A stretch of 64,000 bases of DNA, taken from the NCBI GenBank assembly GCA_036676395.1, contig JAKFCY010000002.1, forward strand, positions 1,184,001 through 1,248,000, read 5' to 3'. The notes beneath the pieces were generated by a model that was given only the letters and a program-made list of their open reading frames with translations, was not told the DNA's origin and searched no databases. The stretch's first letter is position 1. Each line of letters begins with the position of its first letter. Shown in pieces: positions 48,242-58,369 of this stretch. The position numbers were made by a program, and so were the translations under genes. Source of the DNA: Bdellovibrio sp. Lineage in GTDB: Bacteria; Bdellovibrionota; Bdellovibrionia; Bdellovibrionales; Bdellovibrionaceae.

Positions 48242-49670
48242 AAATTCAGATTTTATTGTTTTATCACTTGGACGTCTACTGCAAGCGGTAGGTGCGGTTA
48301 TCAGCATCAGATTTATGACTGAAGTATTGCCACCAGAGCAGATCGGTCTGCAGTACGTGATTTATGCGGCGATCTTATGGTTTAGCTTAGTGCTGGTTAA
48401 TCCATTTGGCATGTTTATTAATCGCTATCTTTATGAATGGAAAGAAAAAGGTGAATTAGTCACTCACTTAAAAAAAATAAATTATTATTTTTTAGGCGTA
48501 GCCAGCTTGAGTGTGCTTCTTTTTATGTTGAATCGCCAGTTTGCAGTATTAACTATTAACGCTGAAATTCAGAGTTTGAATTTTATAGTTTATGCGTTTG
48601 TATATTTATATTTAAGTACTTGGTATCAAACACTGACTTCATTTTTTAATATCTTCAAAATGCAAAAAGTTTTTGTTTTTTTGACGAACTTATCTCAATA
48701 CCTGGGTTTATTAATCGCTGTTTCATTAGTAACTACAGTCGCGGCATCGGCTCATATGTGGTTGTATGGATTGCTTTCTGGGCAAATTCTATCACTTTGT
48801 TTAGGGCTTTATTTGTTTAATAAATATGTTATTAAGGATTTGCCAGCGCGTGATGTATCTATTGAGACTAAAAGTATTTTTAATCATAAAACATTTCAGT
48901 TTTGTTATCCGGTGGCGATCACCACATTTTCTATTTGGTTTTTAGCTCAGGGGTATCGTTTTATTATTGAAGCCTTTGGTGGGCTTAGTTTGTTGGCTTC
49001 GTTAGGTATCGGGCTTGGTTTGGCGCTAAACTGCGCCGGGGTTGTAGAGGCTATTGTCAGTCAATTTTTATACCCTACTTACTATTCTAGTTTAAAGGTG
49101 GATGATCCGCAGTCCGGCCGTCAGGCTTGGCTTGAATTATGGCAGAAAAGTACAAGTGTTTATATTCCGTTGATCTTTTTTTGTGTCGGGAATGTTTTTT
49201 TAATACTTAGAATTTTAGTTTCTGAAAGCTTCTTATCTATTGAAAATTTCGTGATTTTTGGTTTTTGCGTTGAGCTATTGCGATTGATGTCTAATGTGCT
49301 TTACATATCTTTGCATGGCGAATTGAAAACTAAAATGAGTATTCTACCTTATGGAGCTGCGGCTATATTTTTACTGATTAGTTTACAGCTAAGTCATCGT
49401 TTTTCGTATTTTTCGGTTCAGGCTGTGCTAGCGCTTTTAATTATGGCGCAAGGGTTGGTGCTGTTTTTAATGTTTAGAAATGCGGTTAAGACTTTGCAGT
49501 ATAAAATTCCGCTGAGCCCGTTGTTTAGTCTTGTGGTTAAATCTTTACCGCTGCTTGCGGCAGTTTTTGTTTTTCACCAGACTACACCGCTTTGGATGTT
49601 GCTTGCGTATGCGTGTGTGTCTGGTGCGTATCTTTTGTTTTTATTGCGACGTTTTAATAACTTGTTCTAG
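48222..49670 (+). CDS. wzx: Putative Wzx flippase
   Basis: About 12-14 TMs, ~480 aa, within the sugar operon; start taken as ATG 48222. Confidence 0.7.
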   Translation: MKKFLSKNSDFIVLSLGRLLQAVGAVISIRFMTEVLPPEQIGLQYVIYAAILWFSLVLVNPFGMFINRYLYEWKEKGELVTHLKKINYYFLGVASLSVLLFMLNRQFAVLTINAEIQSLNFIVYAFVYLYLSTWYQTLTSFFNIFKMQKVFVFLTNLSQYLGLLIAVSLVTTVAASAHMWLYGLLSGQILSLCLGLYLFNKYVIKDLPARDVSIETKSIFNHKTFQFCYPVAITTFSIWFLAQGYRFIIEAFGGLSLLASLGIGLGLALNCAGVVEAIVSQFLYPTYYSSLKVDDPQSGRQAWLELWQKSTSVYIPLIFFCVGNVFLILRILVSESFLSIENFVIFGFCVELLRLMSNVLYISLHGELKTKMSILPYGAAAIFLLISLQLSHRFSYFSVQAVLALLIMAQGLVLFLMFRNAVKTLQYKIPLSPLFSLVVKSLPLLAAVFVFHQTTPLWMLLAYACVSGAYLLFLLRRFNNLF

Positions 49671-50975
49671 TTGCTCTAGCATGTAATTCATTTTTTGTTC
49701 GTTTAAAGCTGGGTGTACGCCAATCCAAAAAAGTTTGTTCATGACTAAATTTGTCGTATCAAGATCGCCATGTACGCGGTAATTTACATTCTTGTAAGCC
49801 GGTTGTTTAATTAGGTTTCCAGCGAAAAACAAACGTGTGCCGATTTTAGCATTTTCAAGATTTGAAACAATTTTTTCGCGATTTAGATTTTCCATACAGT
49901 ACATCGGAAAACCAAACCAGCTTGGGTTAGTGTTTTCTGTTGCTACCACGGGATTAAAATGTTTTGCAAGTATTGGTGATTGTTTAATGCCGTTGTAAAG
50001 GTATTGCCAGTTAGCGCGGCGTTTTTCAATAAAGCCATCTACTTTTTTAAGTTGCGAAATACCAAGGGCTGCTTGCATGTCTGTAACTTTTAAATTGTAA
50101 CCAACATGTGAGTATATGTATTTGTGATCATAACCTTCAGGTAAATCACCTAACTTTTGGCAAAAGCGTTTACCGCAAGTGTTGTCTTTTCCAGGTTCGC
50201 ACCAACAGTCACGGCCCCAGTCACGGTAACTTTCGGCAATTTTTTTAAGACGACCTTCTTTGGAAATAACGGCGCCGCCTTCGCCCATAGTGATGTGATG
50301 GGCGGGGTAAAAACTAGTTGTCGCGTATTCGCCAAAGCTGCCTACAGATTGATTGTTGATCGTCGCGCCTAAGGCATCACAGCAGTCCTCAATTAAAAAT
50401 AAATTTTCTTTTTTGCACCAGTCAGCGATTAAGTCTGCGCGATAAGGGTTACCTAAGCTATGAGCTAAAACGACAGCTCTAGTTTTTGCTGTTTTTGCAG
50501 CAAATATTTTTTCAGGCAAGGCGTTTAGAGTGGCGGCGTCAATATCAACAAAAACAGGTACCCAGCCATTCTGCACAATAGGATTTACTGTGGTCGGAAA
50601 TCCAGCGGCGACAGTAATCACTTCATCACCTGGTTTAAGTGGGGTAAGCCCCATCTTAAGTAAATCTGGAGAACCTAAAGAAGAAATAGCCACTAAATTG
50701 GCACTTGAGCCGCTGTTGACTAAAAGTGATTTAGTGGTGCGACCAAACAATTTGCTAAAGTTTGATTCAAACTCACGAGCGTAGCGTCCTGCAGTTAACC
50801 ACATGTCTAAAGAGGCATCGATAAGGTGTCCTAAATCATCAGCATCGACAACTTTAGCTGTGACGGGGATGTAGGTCTTGCCTGGGATAAATTCAGCTGG
50901 TGTATTTGTCGTATTAAAATACGATTTTGCTGAGTTAATGATTTCTAAACGCTGGTTGTTATTTTCAAGATTCAT
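49641..50975 (-). CDS. rfbH: CDP-4-keto-6-deoxy-D-glucose 3-dehydratase (E1, DdhC/RfbH)
   Basis: WLTAG, NSGSSAN, AAGFPTTVNP, EDCCDALG, SFYPAHHITMGEGG, Cys cluster GRDCWC...NTC. Confidence 0.95.
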   Translation of the reverse strand: MNLENNNQRLEIINSAKSYFNTTNTPAEFIPGKTYIPVTAKVVDADDLGHLIDASLDMWLTAGRYAREFESNFSKLFGRTTKSLLVNSGSSANLVAISSLGSPDLLKMGLTPLKPGDEVITVAAGFPTTVNPIVQNGWVPVFVDIDAATLNALPEKIFAAKTAKTRAVVLAHSLGNPYRADLIADWCKKENLFLIEDCCDALGATINNQSVGSFGEYATTSFYPAHHITMGEGGAVISKEGRLKKIAESYRDWGRDCWCEPGKDNTCGKRFCQKLGDLPEGYDHKYIYSHVGYNLKVTDMQAALGISQLKKVDGFIEKRRANWQYLYNGIKQSPILAKHFNPVVATENTNPSWFGFPMYCMENLNREKIVSNLENAKIGTRLFFAGNLIKQPAYKNVNYRVHGDLDTTNLVMNKLFWIGVHPALNEQKMNYMLEQLEQVIKTSQ

Positions 50976-51027
50976 TGTTTGCCTTTGTCAATTTGCATAT
51001 ACTTAATGGTTACTGGGAGATAGTCAA

Positions 51028-51798
51028 ATGAAAGTCGTTTTGTTGGCCGGCGGGTTAGGAACTAGAATTAGCGAAGAAAGTCATCTGCGTCCTAAGCCTA
51101 TGATTGAAATCGGCGGTAAGCCTATTTTGTGGCATATTATGAAAACTTATTCGCACTATGGATTAAATGATTTTATCGTGTGCTGTGGTTATAAGGGCTA
51201 CGTCATTAAAGAATATTTTGCGAATTATTTTATGCATTTATCTGACGTTACTTTTGATTTAAAAAATAATAAAATGAAAGTTCATAACAGCACTTCAGAA
51301 CCATGGAGTGTAACGTTGGTTGATACTGGCGAAAGTACGATGACCGGTGGTCGTATCAAGCGCGTTAAAGAATATATCGGGAACGAGCCTTTTTGCCTAA
51401 CTTACGGCGACGGCGTGGCTGATATTGATATAGGTAAACTTTTAGAGTTTCATAAATCTCATGGGCGTTTAGCGACGTTGACAGCAACTCAGCCTCCGGG
51501 TCGTTTTGGTGCTTTAAGTATTGATGGCACGCAGATTAATTCTTTCAAAGAAAAACCAGTCGGCGATGGCAATTGGATTAACGGTGGATTTTTTGTATTA
51601 AGTCCAAAAGTTTTAGACTTAATTGGAAATGACGAAACTATTTGGGAAAAAGAACCTCTAGAAAAATTAGCTGAATCAGGTAATTTACAGTCGTACTTTC
51701 ATGATGGTTTTTGGCAGCCAATGGATACGCTTCGTGATAAAAATCATCTTGAACAGCTTTGGTCATCTGGGAAAGCGCCGTGGAAGCAGTGGAAATAA
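51028..51798 (+). CDS. rfbF: Glucose-1-phosphate cytidylyltransferase (DdhA)
   Basis: [12 protein letters not shown]...[25 protein letters not shown]. Confidence 0.97.
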   Translation: MKVVLLAGGLGTRISEESHLRPKPMIEIGGKPILWHIMKTYSHYGLNDFIVCCGYKGYVIKEYFANYFMHLSDVTFDLKNNKMKVHNSTSEPWSVTLVDTGESTMTGGRIKRVKEYIGNEPFCLTYGDGVADIDIGKLLEFHKSHGRLATLTATQPPGRFGALSIDGTQINSFKEKPVGDGNWINGGFFVLSPKVLDLIGNDETIWEKEPLEKLAESGNLQSYFHDGFWQPMDTLRDKNHLEQLWSSGKAPWKQWK

Positions 51799-52850
51799 GC
51801 AAAAATTTTTGGAAAAATAAAAAAATCTTTTTAACAGGACATACGGGCTTTAAGGGTTCGTGGATGTCTTTGTGGTTATTGCAGCTTGATGCAAAAGTTG
51901 TTGGTTATGCTAAAGATATTCCAACGACACCGAGTCTTTTTGAAGAACTGAATCTCGAAAAAGACATGCAATCTATTATAGGCGATGTGCGTAATTTAGA
52001 AAATTTAAAAAAACACATCACTCAGGCGAATCCAGATCTTGTGATTCATATGGCTGCGCAGCCGTTGGTGCGTTATTCTTATCAGCACCCCGTAGAAACA
52101 TACATGACGAATGTCATGGGTACAGTGCATGTGTTAGAAAGCGCTCTAGCTTGTGGTAACACGCGCGGTGTTTTAAATGTCACTAGCGATAAGTGTTACG
52201 AAAATTTCGAAAAGCCAGAAGGCTACAGAGAAGACGAACCCATGGGTGGGTATGATCCTTACAGCAATAGTAAGGGATGTTCTGAATTAGTGACTTCAGC
52301 GTATCGTAAATCATTTTATCAAAATCGCAATTTGGGGTTAGCTAGCGGTCGTGCCGGAAACGTGATTGGTGGCGGTGACTGGGCGCAAGATCGTTTAATT
52401 CCTGATATCGTCAGATCAGTAATGAGCAATACTACATTAGAAATTCGCTATCCTCGCGCAATACGCCCATGGCAGCATGTTTTAGAGCCTCTTTCTGGGT
52501 ATTTGAGTTTAGCTGAAAAACTTTACGGTGATGCTAAAACCTTTTCTAAAGGCTATAATTTCGGACCCCTTCAGCATGATCACTGTGATGTTGAAGCAAT
52601 TATTAAAAAAATGAATGTGTCTTGGCAAGACAAGATCAAATATGAAATTAAAGCTTCAGAAAATAACCCGCATGAAGCCCATTATTTAAAACTAGATTGC
52701 GCGCGCGCGATGAGTGAATTAGGGTGGCGTCCACATTGGAGTGTTGACGAAGCCTTGAAGCAAGTCGTGGATTGGAATATTCATCGTATGAGTGGTGGCA
52801 ATGTTCGTGAATTCACAGCAAAACAGATCAATGAGTATGTTGGTCAATAA
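51789..52850 (+). CDS. rfbG: CDP-glucose 4,6-dehydratase (DdhB)
   Basis: [53 protein letters not shown] start 51789. Confidence 0.96.
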   Translation: MEISKNFWKNKKIFLTGHTGFKGSWMSLWLLQLDAKVVGYAKDIPTTPSLFEELNLEKDMQSIIGDVRNLENLKKHITQANPDLVIHMAAQPLVRYSYQHPVETYMTNVMGTVHVLESALACGNTRGVLNVTSDKCYENFEKPEGYREDEPMGGYDPYSNSKGCSELVTSAYRKSFYQNRNLGLASGRAGNVIGGGDWAQDRLIPDIVRSVMSNTTLEIRYPRAIRPWQHVLEPLSGYLSLAEKLYGDAKTFSKGYNFGPLQHDHCDVEAIIKKMNVSWQDKIKYEIKASENNPHEAHYLKLDCARAMSELGWRPHWSVDEALKQVVDWNIHRMSGGNVREFTAKQINEYVGQ

Positions 52851-53865
52851 TAGCTTAAGCTTACCTTTGGATGATTTAAATAGTATCGCTGAGGATTTGC
52901 AGACGGTTTGGCCCAAGAATAAGAATTTTTTTATCACTGGAGGCACAGGCTTTTTTGGTCGCTGGTTTGTTGAAAGTGTTTACCTACTTGAATCCAAGCT
53001 TAAAGCCGGGAATCATTTTTACATTCTATCGCGTAAATCGCGCACGGCTATATTAGAAACTTTGCCAGCATTAGATGCTGATTTTTTTACGTTAGTCCAA
53101 GCCGATATTTCTGCTCTTACAGAAAAAGACTTAAATTTTGATATTGATTTTGTGATTCATGGGGCAACCGATGTGTCTGCTTTTAAAAATCAAACATCGC
53201 CTGAGAAAAAATTTGGAGACGCTACTAAAAATTTTTTACAGTTGTTAAAATCAAAAAAAATCCAGAGATTGCTGTATTTAAGTTCTGGAGCTGTTTATGA
53301 AGGGCTAGAGTCGCCGTTTGCCGAATCGTCAATGACTGAACAGCTCTTGCAATCGCATTCAAATAAAGACTACACCAATGAAAAGCGAGCCTCAGAATTA
53401 GCTGTGAAGCGCAGTGATCTTTCCTATCATATCTTGCGCTGTTTTGCTTTTGTCGGTCCTTATTTAGATGAGTCTATGGCTGTGATGGATATGATTAAAC
53501 ATAAACTTAGGGGTCAGGATATCGTTGTTAAGTCGCCAGAGGCGCAGCGTTCGTATTTGTACCCAATTGATTTAGTGATTCAAGTGTTTAGAGTTTTATA
53601 CTTAGATACTTCTTCGACAATATTTAATTTAGGCTCACCCGAGGCCATTACGTTAGAAAATCTAGCCCAAAAAATTTGTGTTTTACATGGCAAATCGACA
53701 CAAGTGAAAATAGATAAAAATGTTGAAGAAAAAGCTTTGGCTAGTAGTATATATATACCGAATATGGAAAAACTGTACACGCAGTTAGGCCTAACTAAAC
53801 CACGTGTTGATTTACAAACAGCACTTAGTAAAACACTAAAGTTCGCAAAGGAAAAAATGGCATGA
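52831..53865 (+). CDS. NAD-dependent nucleotide-sugar epimerase/reductase (extended SDR)
   Basis: TGGTGFFG, SSGAVY, YTNEK (YxxxK), RCFAFVGP. Confidence 0.8.
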   Translation: MSMLVNNSLSLPLDDLNSIAEDLQTVWPKNKNFFITGGTGFFGRWFVESVYLLESKLKAGNHFYILSRKSRTAILETLPALDADFFTLVQADISALTEKDLNFDIDFVIHGATDVSAFKNQTSPEKKFGDATKNFLQLLKSKKIQRLLYLSSGAVYEGLESPFAESSMTEQLLQSHSNKDYTNEKRASELAVKRSDLSYHILRCFAFVGPYLDESMAVMDMIKHKLRGQDIVVKSPEAQRSYLYPIDLVIQVFRVLYLDTSSTIFNLGSPEAITLENLAQKICVLHGKSTQVKIDKNVEEKALASSIYIPNMEKLYTQLGLTKPRVDLQTALSKTLKFAKEKMA

Positions 53866-54659
53866 GTAATTTTGCACCTTCTAATTTACGTAAGACCGTA
53901 CTTGATATGGCCTATTACGGCTCGACGGTTCATGTCCCGTGCGCGTTTTCAATTATTGAAATGGTTTCAGTATTATACGGGAAAACTTTAAATTTAGGAA
54001 AATCCTACGACGATCCAAATCGTGACTTTATGGTTTTAAGCAAAGGCCACGGAGTCATGGCTTTGTATGCTTGTTTTAAAGAATTAGGTTGGTTGCAAGA
54101 TAGTGATATTAAAAATTATTTCAAAGACGGCACCAAATTAAAAGGGTTATCTGATTGTCACGTGCCAGGCCTAGAAGCCACATCAGGTTCGCTTGGCCAT
54201 GGTTTATCAGTCGCCGTTGGTTTGGCGCTGGGGTTAAAATTTAAAAAATCTTCGCAAAAAGTTTTTTGTATTGTTGGCGACGGTGAAAGTAATGAAGGCA
54301 CCATTTGGGAAGCGCTGTTGTTTGCGAGTCACTGGCAATTAGATAATTTGGTAGTGATTTTTGACTGCAATGGTTATCAAGCTATGGGTACTACAGATGA
54401 AGTTATGAACTTGCATTCATTTGCCGCGAAAACTAAAGCTTTTAATTTTGAAACACTTGAGATCAATGGCCACAGCGAAAAAGAACTTTCTGAAGCTTTT
54501 GAGACATTTGCAAAAAGCACATCAAAACAACCGAAGGCTTTAGTGGCTAACACGATTAAAGGTTACGGCGTTAGTTTTATGGAAAAAAACAATACCTGGC
54601 ATTACACCAGACTTAGTAATGAGACCTATGCACAGGCATTGAAAGAGTTGGGGTATTAG
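53862..54659 (+). CDS. Transketolase-like enzyme, N-terminal (ThDP-binding) subunit
   Basis: SKGHG, GSLGHGL, GDGESNEG...WEA, TIKGYG, WH. Confidence 0.92.
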   Translation: MSNFAPSNLRKTVLDMAYYGSTVHVPCAFSIIEMVSVLYGKTLNLGKSYDDPNRDFMVLSKGHGVMALYACFKELGWLQDSDIKNYFKDGTKLKGLSDCHVPGLEATSGSLGHGLSVAVGLALGLKFKKSSQKVFCIVGDGESNEGTIWEALLFASHWQLDNLVVIFDCNGYQAMGTTDEVMNLHSFAAKTKAFNFETLEINGHSEKELSEAFETFAKSTSKQPKALVANTIKGYGVSFMEKNNTWHYTRLSNETYAQALKELGY

Positions 54660-54663
54660 TTTT

Positions 54664-55572
54664 ATGAGAGAAATGTTTTCACACTGTGTCGTGAATCAAG
54701 TTAAGGCCGATGCTAAGACGTATTTACTAAGCGGCGATCATGGCTATGCGTTGTTTGATTCTTTACGTAAAGAAAAACCAGATCATTTTATTAATGCAGG
54801 TGTGGCCGAACAGAATATGGTTGGCGTCGCTGCAGGTCTTGCGAAATTAGGATTTTATCCGATTATTTATGGGTTAAGTGCATTCGTTCCGGTGCGTGTC
54901 TTAGAACAAATTAAAATCGATTTTTGTTATGAAGAACTTCCAGGATTATTTATCGGCGATGGCGCTGGTTTAGTTTACAGTCACTTAGGAACTTCACACC
55001 AATCAACAGAAGATATTTCAAGTTTACGTGCGGTACCGCATATACAGATTTATTCTCCGTCAGATAAATTCGAACTTGAATACTGTTTTAATATGGCGAT
55101 GCAAACTAAAAAAACTGTTTACTTGCGTATGGGTAAAGCTGATGTGGGTACCGTTCATCAAAAAACTCTGCAAACTGCAGATTTTGCATGGAACATGGGG
55201 CCTTTGTCTGTTGTTAAACATTCACAGGCAAAGACCGCTTATTTTGCTACCGGCTCGATGGTTAAAACTGCGCAAATGTTAGCTGAAGCCAAAGGTTATA
55301 AAGTCGATATTTACAGTGTGCCGTTTATTAAACCTTTCGATAACTCGAAGTACGCTGAACTTTTAGGGCGCTATGAGCACGTGGTCAGTTTTGAAGAACA
55401 TTCTATTTATGGTGGTCTTGGTGATTGTTTAGCTGCAGTAATTGCGAATTTACCAAAAACCTCACTTAAAAAAATCGGTATCGAAGATAAATTTTCTAAT
55501 AAATGTGGAACTTACGATTATCTGATGGTCGAACACGGCTTAGATTTAAACACTTTGATTGAGCGGTTATAG
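54664..55572 (+). CDS. Transketolase-like enzyme, C-terminal subunit
   Basis: GVAEQNMVG.AAGLA, GTSHQSTED, YLRMGK, IKPFD, EEHS..GGLG. Confidence 0.92.
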   Translation: MREMFSHCVVNQVKADAKTYLLSGDHGYALFDSLRKEKPDHFINAGVAEQNMVGVAAGLAKLGFYPIIYGLSAFVPVRVLEQIKIDFCYEELPGLFIGDGAGLVYSHLGTSHQSTEDISSLRAVPHIQIYSPSDKFELEYCFNMAMQTKKTVYLRMGKADVGTVHQKTLQTADFAWNMGPLSVVKHSQAKTAYFATGSMVKTAQMLAEAKGYKVDIYSVPFIKPFDNSKYAELLGRYEHVVSFEEHSIYGGLGDCLAAVIANLPKTSLKKIGIEDKFSNKCGTYDYLMVEHGLDLNTLIERL

Positions 55573-55577
55573 CAAAA

Positions 55578-56573
55578 ATGAAAAAAGCGTGTTTAGTCGT
55601 TCATCCTGTTTATCAAAAAAACGAAATTTTTAAACCCAACAGTCGCTTAAACCGCGATAATTGTTTAGCATTTTTTCATGAACTTAAAACTGCTTTTGCA
55701 GCGAAAGGTTATGATTTACAAACAGATGACATGATATCAACTGAATCAGCTGATGTAGTTATTTATAATGAAATGCCCAAACACATTTCAATGGTAGATA
55801 AAAACAAATCAGCAGTGTTGTTGTTTGAAAGTGAGCTTATTCGCTCTGATAACTGGGATTTAAATAATCATAAAAAATTTAAATATATTTTTACCTGGAA
55901 CGATGACTTTGTAGATCATAAAAAATATATTAAGTTTAATTTTACTGATTCTAGCCCGATCAAGTTGAAAACTTTTAAAGAAAAGCAAAAACTTTGCGTT
56001 TTGGTTTCTGGTAATAAATACGTTAGTCATCCAAAAGAGCTTTACTCAAAACGTATCGAAGCTATTCGGTGGTTTGAAAAAAATCATCCGAATGATTTAG
56101 ATTTGTATGGGATGGGCTGGAATTTATACACGTTTAAAATCCCATTATTTTCGCGCGTACTTAATAAGCTGACAAAACTGCGTAAAGTCTTAGGTGCAAA
56201 GTGGGTATTATATAAGGGTGCAGTAGATTCAAAAGCGGACCTTATGCAAAATTATAAATTTTCTATTTGCTATGAGAATGCAGCAGGTATTTCTGGTTAT
56301 ATCACTGAGAAAATATTTGATTCGATGGCGGCAGGTTGTATTCCTGTTTATTGGGGTGCACCTAATATTAAACAGTATGTGCCTGAGTTATGCTTTATAG
56401 ATAAAACCCAATTTAAAACTTACGATGAATTGTATCAGTACTTGATGAGTATGACTGAATCTGAATATGCCAAACGACAACAAGCTATCTCGCAGTATCT
56501 TAAAAGTGAACAACATCGTTTGTTCGAGCCAGCTTATAATGCGGCTGTGATTGCAGAAAATTTAGTAAATTAA
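55578..56573 (+). CDS. GT10 (alpha-1,3/4-fucosyltransferase family) glycosyltransferase
   Basis: YKFSICYEN....GYITEKIFD.....CIPVYWG signature. Confidence 0.88.
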   Translation: MKKACLVVHPVYQKNEIFKPNSRLNRDNCLAFFHELKTAFAAKGYDLQTDDMISTESADVVIYNEMPKHISMVDKNKSAVLLFESELIRSDNWDLNNHKKFKYIFTWNDDFVDHKKYIKFNFTDSSPIKLKTFKEKQKLCVLVSGNKYVSHPKELYSKRIEAIRWFEKNHPNDLDLYGMGWNLYTFKIPLFSRVLNKLTKLRKVLGAKWVLYKGAVDSKADLMQNYKFSICYENAAGISGYITEKIFDSMAAGCIPVYWGAPNIKQYVPELCFIDKTQFKTYDELYQYLMSMTESEYAKRQQAISQYLKSEQHRLFEPAYNAAVIAENLVN

Positions 56574-57364
56574 AAGCCGATAGCCATTTTAATTTTTTTA
56601 GCTACTTTTTTGGCAAAGTAAAACGCCACATAAGCCCCAAGATGCGGGCTAGTTTTTAAAAAGAAAAGTGAAAGTTTAGCAATATGGTTTAAATCGACCA
56701 CGGCCGAATCGTTTTCGCCGTGTAGGCGAGTGTACATATAGGGTTGGGCCAGCCAGAAAAAAGATCCTTTTTTTACTAGCTTAAGTAAAAACGAAACGTC
56801 TGAATGCCTGCCTCCATCTTTTGGATCAAGCTGTGAATCGCCGATAGCAGATGTTTTGTAAATATAAGAAGGAAACGCTGTGTGACTTAGGCGTTTAAAA
56901 ACATAACGTTTAATCAATTGGCTCTGCGAATGAATCACTAAGTTTTCTTTTATATAAGGACTAAGCAGTAAATCGGTCTTAACAGTTGTTTTAATGACAG
57001 TCGCGTTGCAAGCAACAGCGATGCAGCTTGGGTTAAGTTCAAACTGGCGCATCATCTGTGTTATCGCCTGGGGCATTAGAATATCATCATCATGAAAAAG
57101 CATAGCATACTCATAGCTTTGCACTTCTTTAAGTACAGTATTGAAATGCTGAAGCGAAGGCAGACTTGGAGATCTTTTGATTACTTTTATGTTTTTGTAA
57201 CTAGGTTGTGTTTCTAGCAGACGGGTGACTTTATCATTTGTGCTATTTTCAGAGATGATAAGGTCAAAATCTTTGTAGTCTTGCGCCAAAATAGAATCAA
57301 GTGCTTCACCAATGTATTCAGGTCGATTGTAGCTTAGTAAGTAGATAACCAGTTTTTTTTGCAT
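56570..57364 (-). CDS. GT2 glycosyltransferase (paralog of 35470-36324)
   Basis: SYNRP, ISENS, FHDDD, RLH. Confidence 0.85.
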   Translation of the reverse strand: MQKKLVIYLLSYNRPEYIGEALDSILAQDYKDFDLIISENSTNDKVTRLLETQPSYKNIKVIKRSPSLPSLQHFNTVLKEVQSYEYAMLFHDDDILMPQAITQMMRQFELNPSCIAVACNATVIKTTVKTDLLLSPYIKENLVIHSQSQLIKRYVFKRLSHTAFPSYIYKTSAIGDSQLDPKDGGRHSDVSFLLKLVKKGSFFWLAQPYMYTRLHGENDSAVVDLNHIAKLSLFFLKTSPHLGAYVAFYFAKKVAKKIKMAIGF

Positions 57365-57372
57365 GATTTTAA

Positions 57373-58314
57373 TTACATCTTACTTTTCATCAGTCTTACA
57401 AGGTCATTTAATGAATCTGGTGGATACTTTAAAATTTCTAAGTTTGTTTGTGAGGTGTAGCCACAGTCTGGTGCTATTAAATTCAACTTATAGTGTGCGG
57501 CTTCATATAAAGGTAAATATAACGATTCATAAAGACTAGTCGCCACAAAAGTTTCAGATTCAAGAAGTAATGTCGCTAATTCTACGCGCGTGATTTTATA
57601 TTTTATCGTTAGCGTAATGTTTTTAAGATTAACCGGCGTGAATGTTCCAGTGGCAGCTGCATCTAAAATAATAACCACATTAATGTGCTGATTTAAATCT
57701 TGATCTAAGGTTTTCAAAGCATCAACAAAAAGCGATAGTCTTTTATGCTTAGAAAAACTACTAATCGTTATAAATTTGTTTTTCTTCTCTTTAGCTTGGA
57801 CTTCAGGAAATTTTGGCAAGATAAGATGAATTTTAGCTGGTAACTTCGGAAACACTTTTTCACAGATTTGTTTCATCCAAGGTGTTTGCACCCAGATCTC
57901 ATCTACATTTTTTGTAAATGTTCGTAAGATCCATTTTTCTATAGTTAGGCGTAAAGTTTGTTTTAGCGAATCTTTCGGAAGCGGAGCTTCGCCAGTTAAA
58001 TAGCAGTTTTGCAGATACAAAAAAGACTTCAATTTTGAGCGTTTAAATGGAGGAAGGTTGCCAAAGAACAGAACCGAAGAATTTTTTAGATTCAGCTTTT
58101 TGATTAAACTGTGTAATTGCAGCTCGGCAGTGAGCCTGCCCCAGATAGTCGGGCGCACCCTGACGACCATGACCGATTCCGGAAGATTAATTGGCAGAAG
58201 ATAGCGCTCATCAATAAATAGGGCTTCAAGGGGGGCGAAGAGCGATTCGGTCAGAATTGCATCAAGTAATACTTTGCCTCCGCCTGTATGCAGATTTATT
58301 GCGTATATAATCAT
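57373..58314 (-). CDS. Divergent GT4-like glycosyltransferase
   Basis: Start moved to ATG 58314 (MIIYAINLHTGGGK); VQTPWMK, HKR, SLYESLYLPLYEAA resembles the GT4 ExxGxxxxEA motif. Confidence 0.7.
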   Translation of the reverse strand: MIIYAINLHTGGGKVLLDAILTESLFAPLEALFIDERYLLPINLPESVMVVRVRPTIWGRLTAELQLHSLIKKLNLKNSSVLFFGNLPPFKRSKLKSFLYLQNCYLTGEAPLPKDSLKQTLRLTIEKWILRTFTKNVDEIWVQTPWMKQICEKVFPKLPAKIHLILPKFPEVQAKEKKNKFITISSFSKHKRLSLFVDALKTLDQDLNQHINVVIILDAAATGTFTPVNLKNITLTIKYKITRVELATLLLESETFVATSLYESLYLPLYEAAHYKLNLIAPDCGYTSQTNLEILKYPPDSLNDLVRLMKSKM

Positions 58315-58369
58315 TCTATGAAAATATATTAATAGTTTAAATAATGGAATATTTAATAAGGGCGAATTT

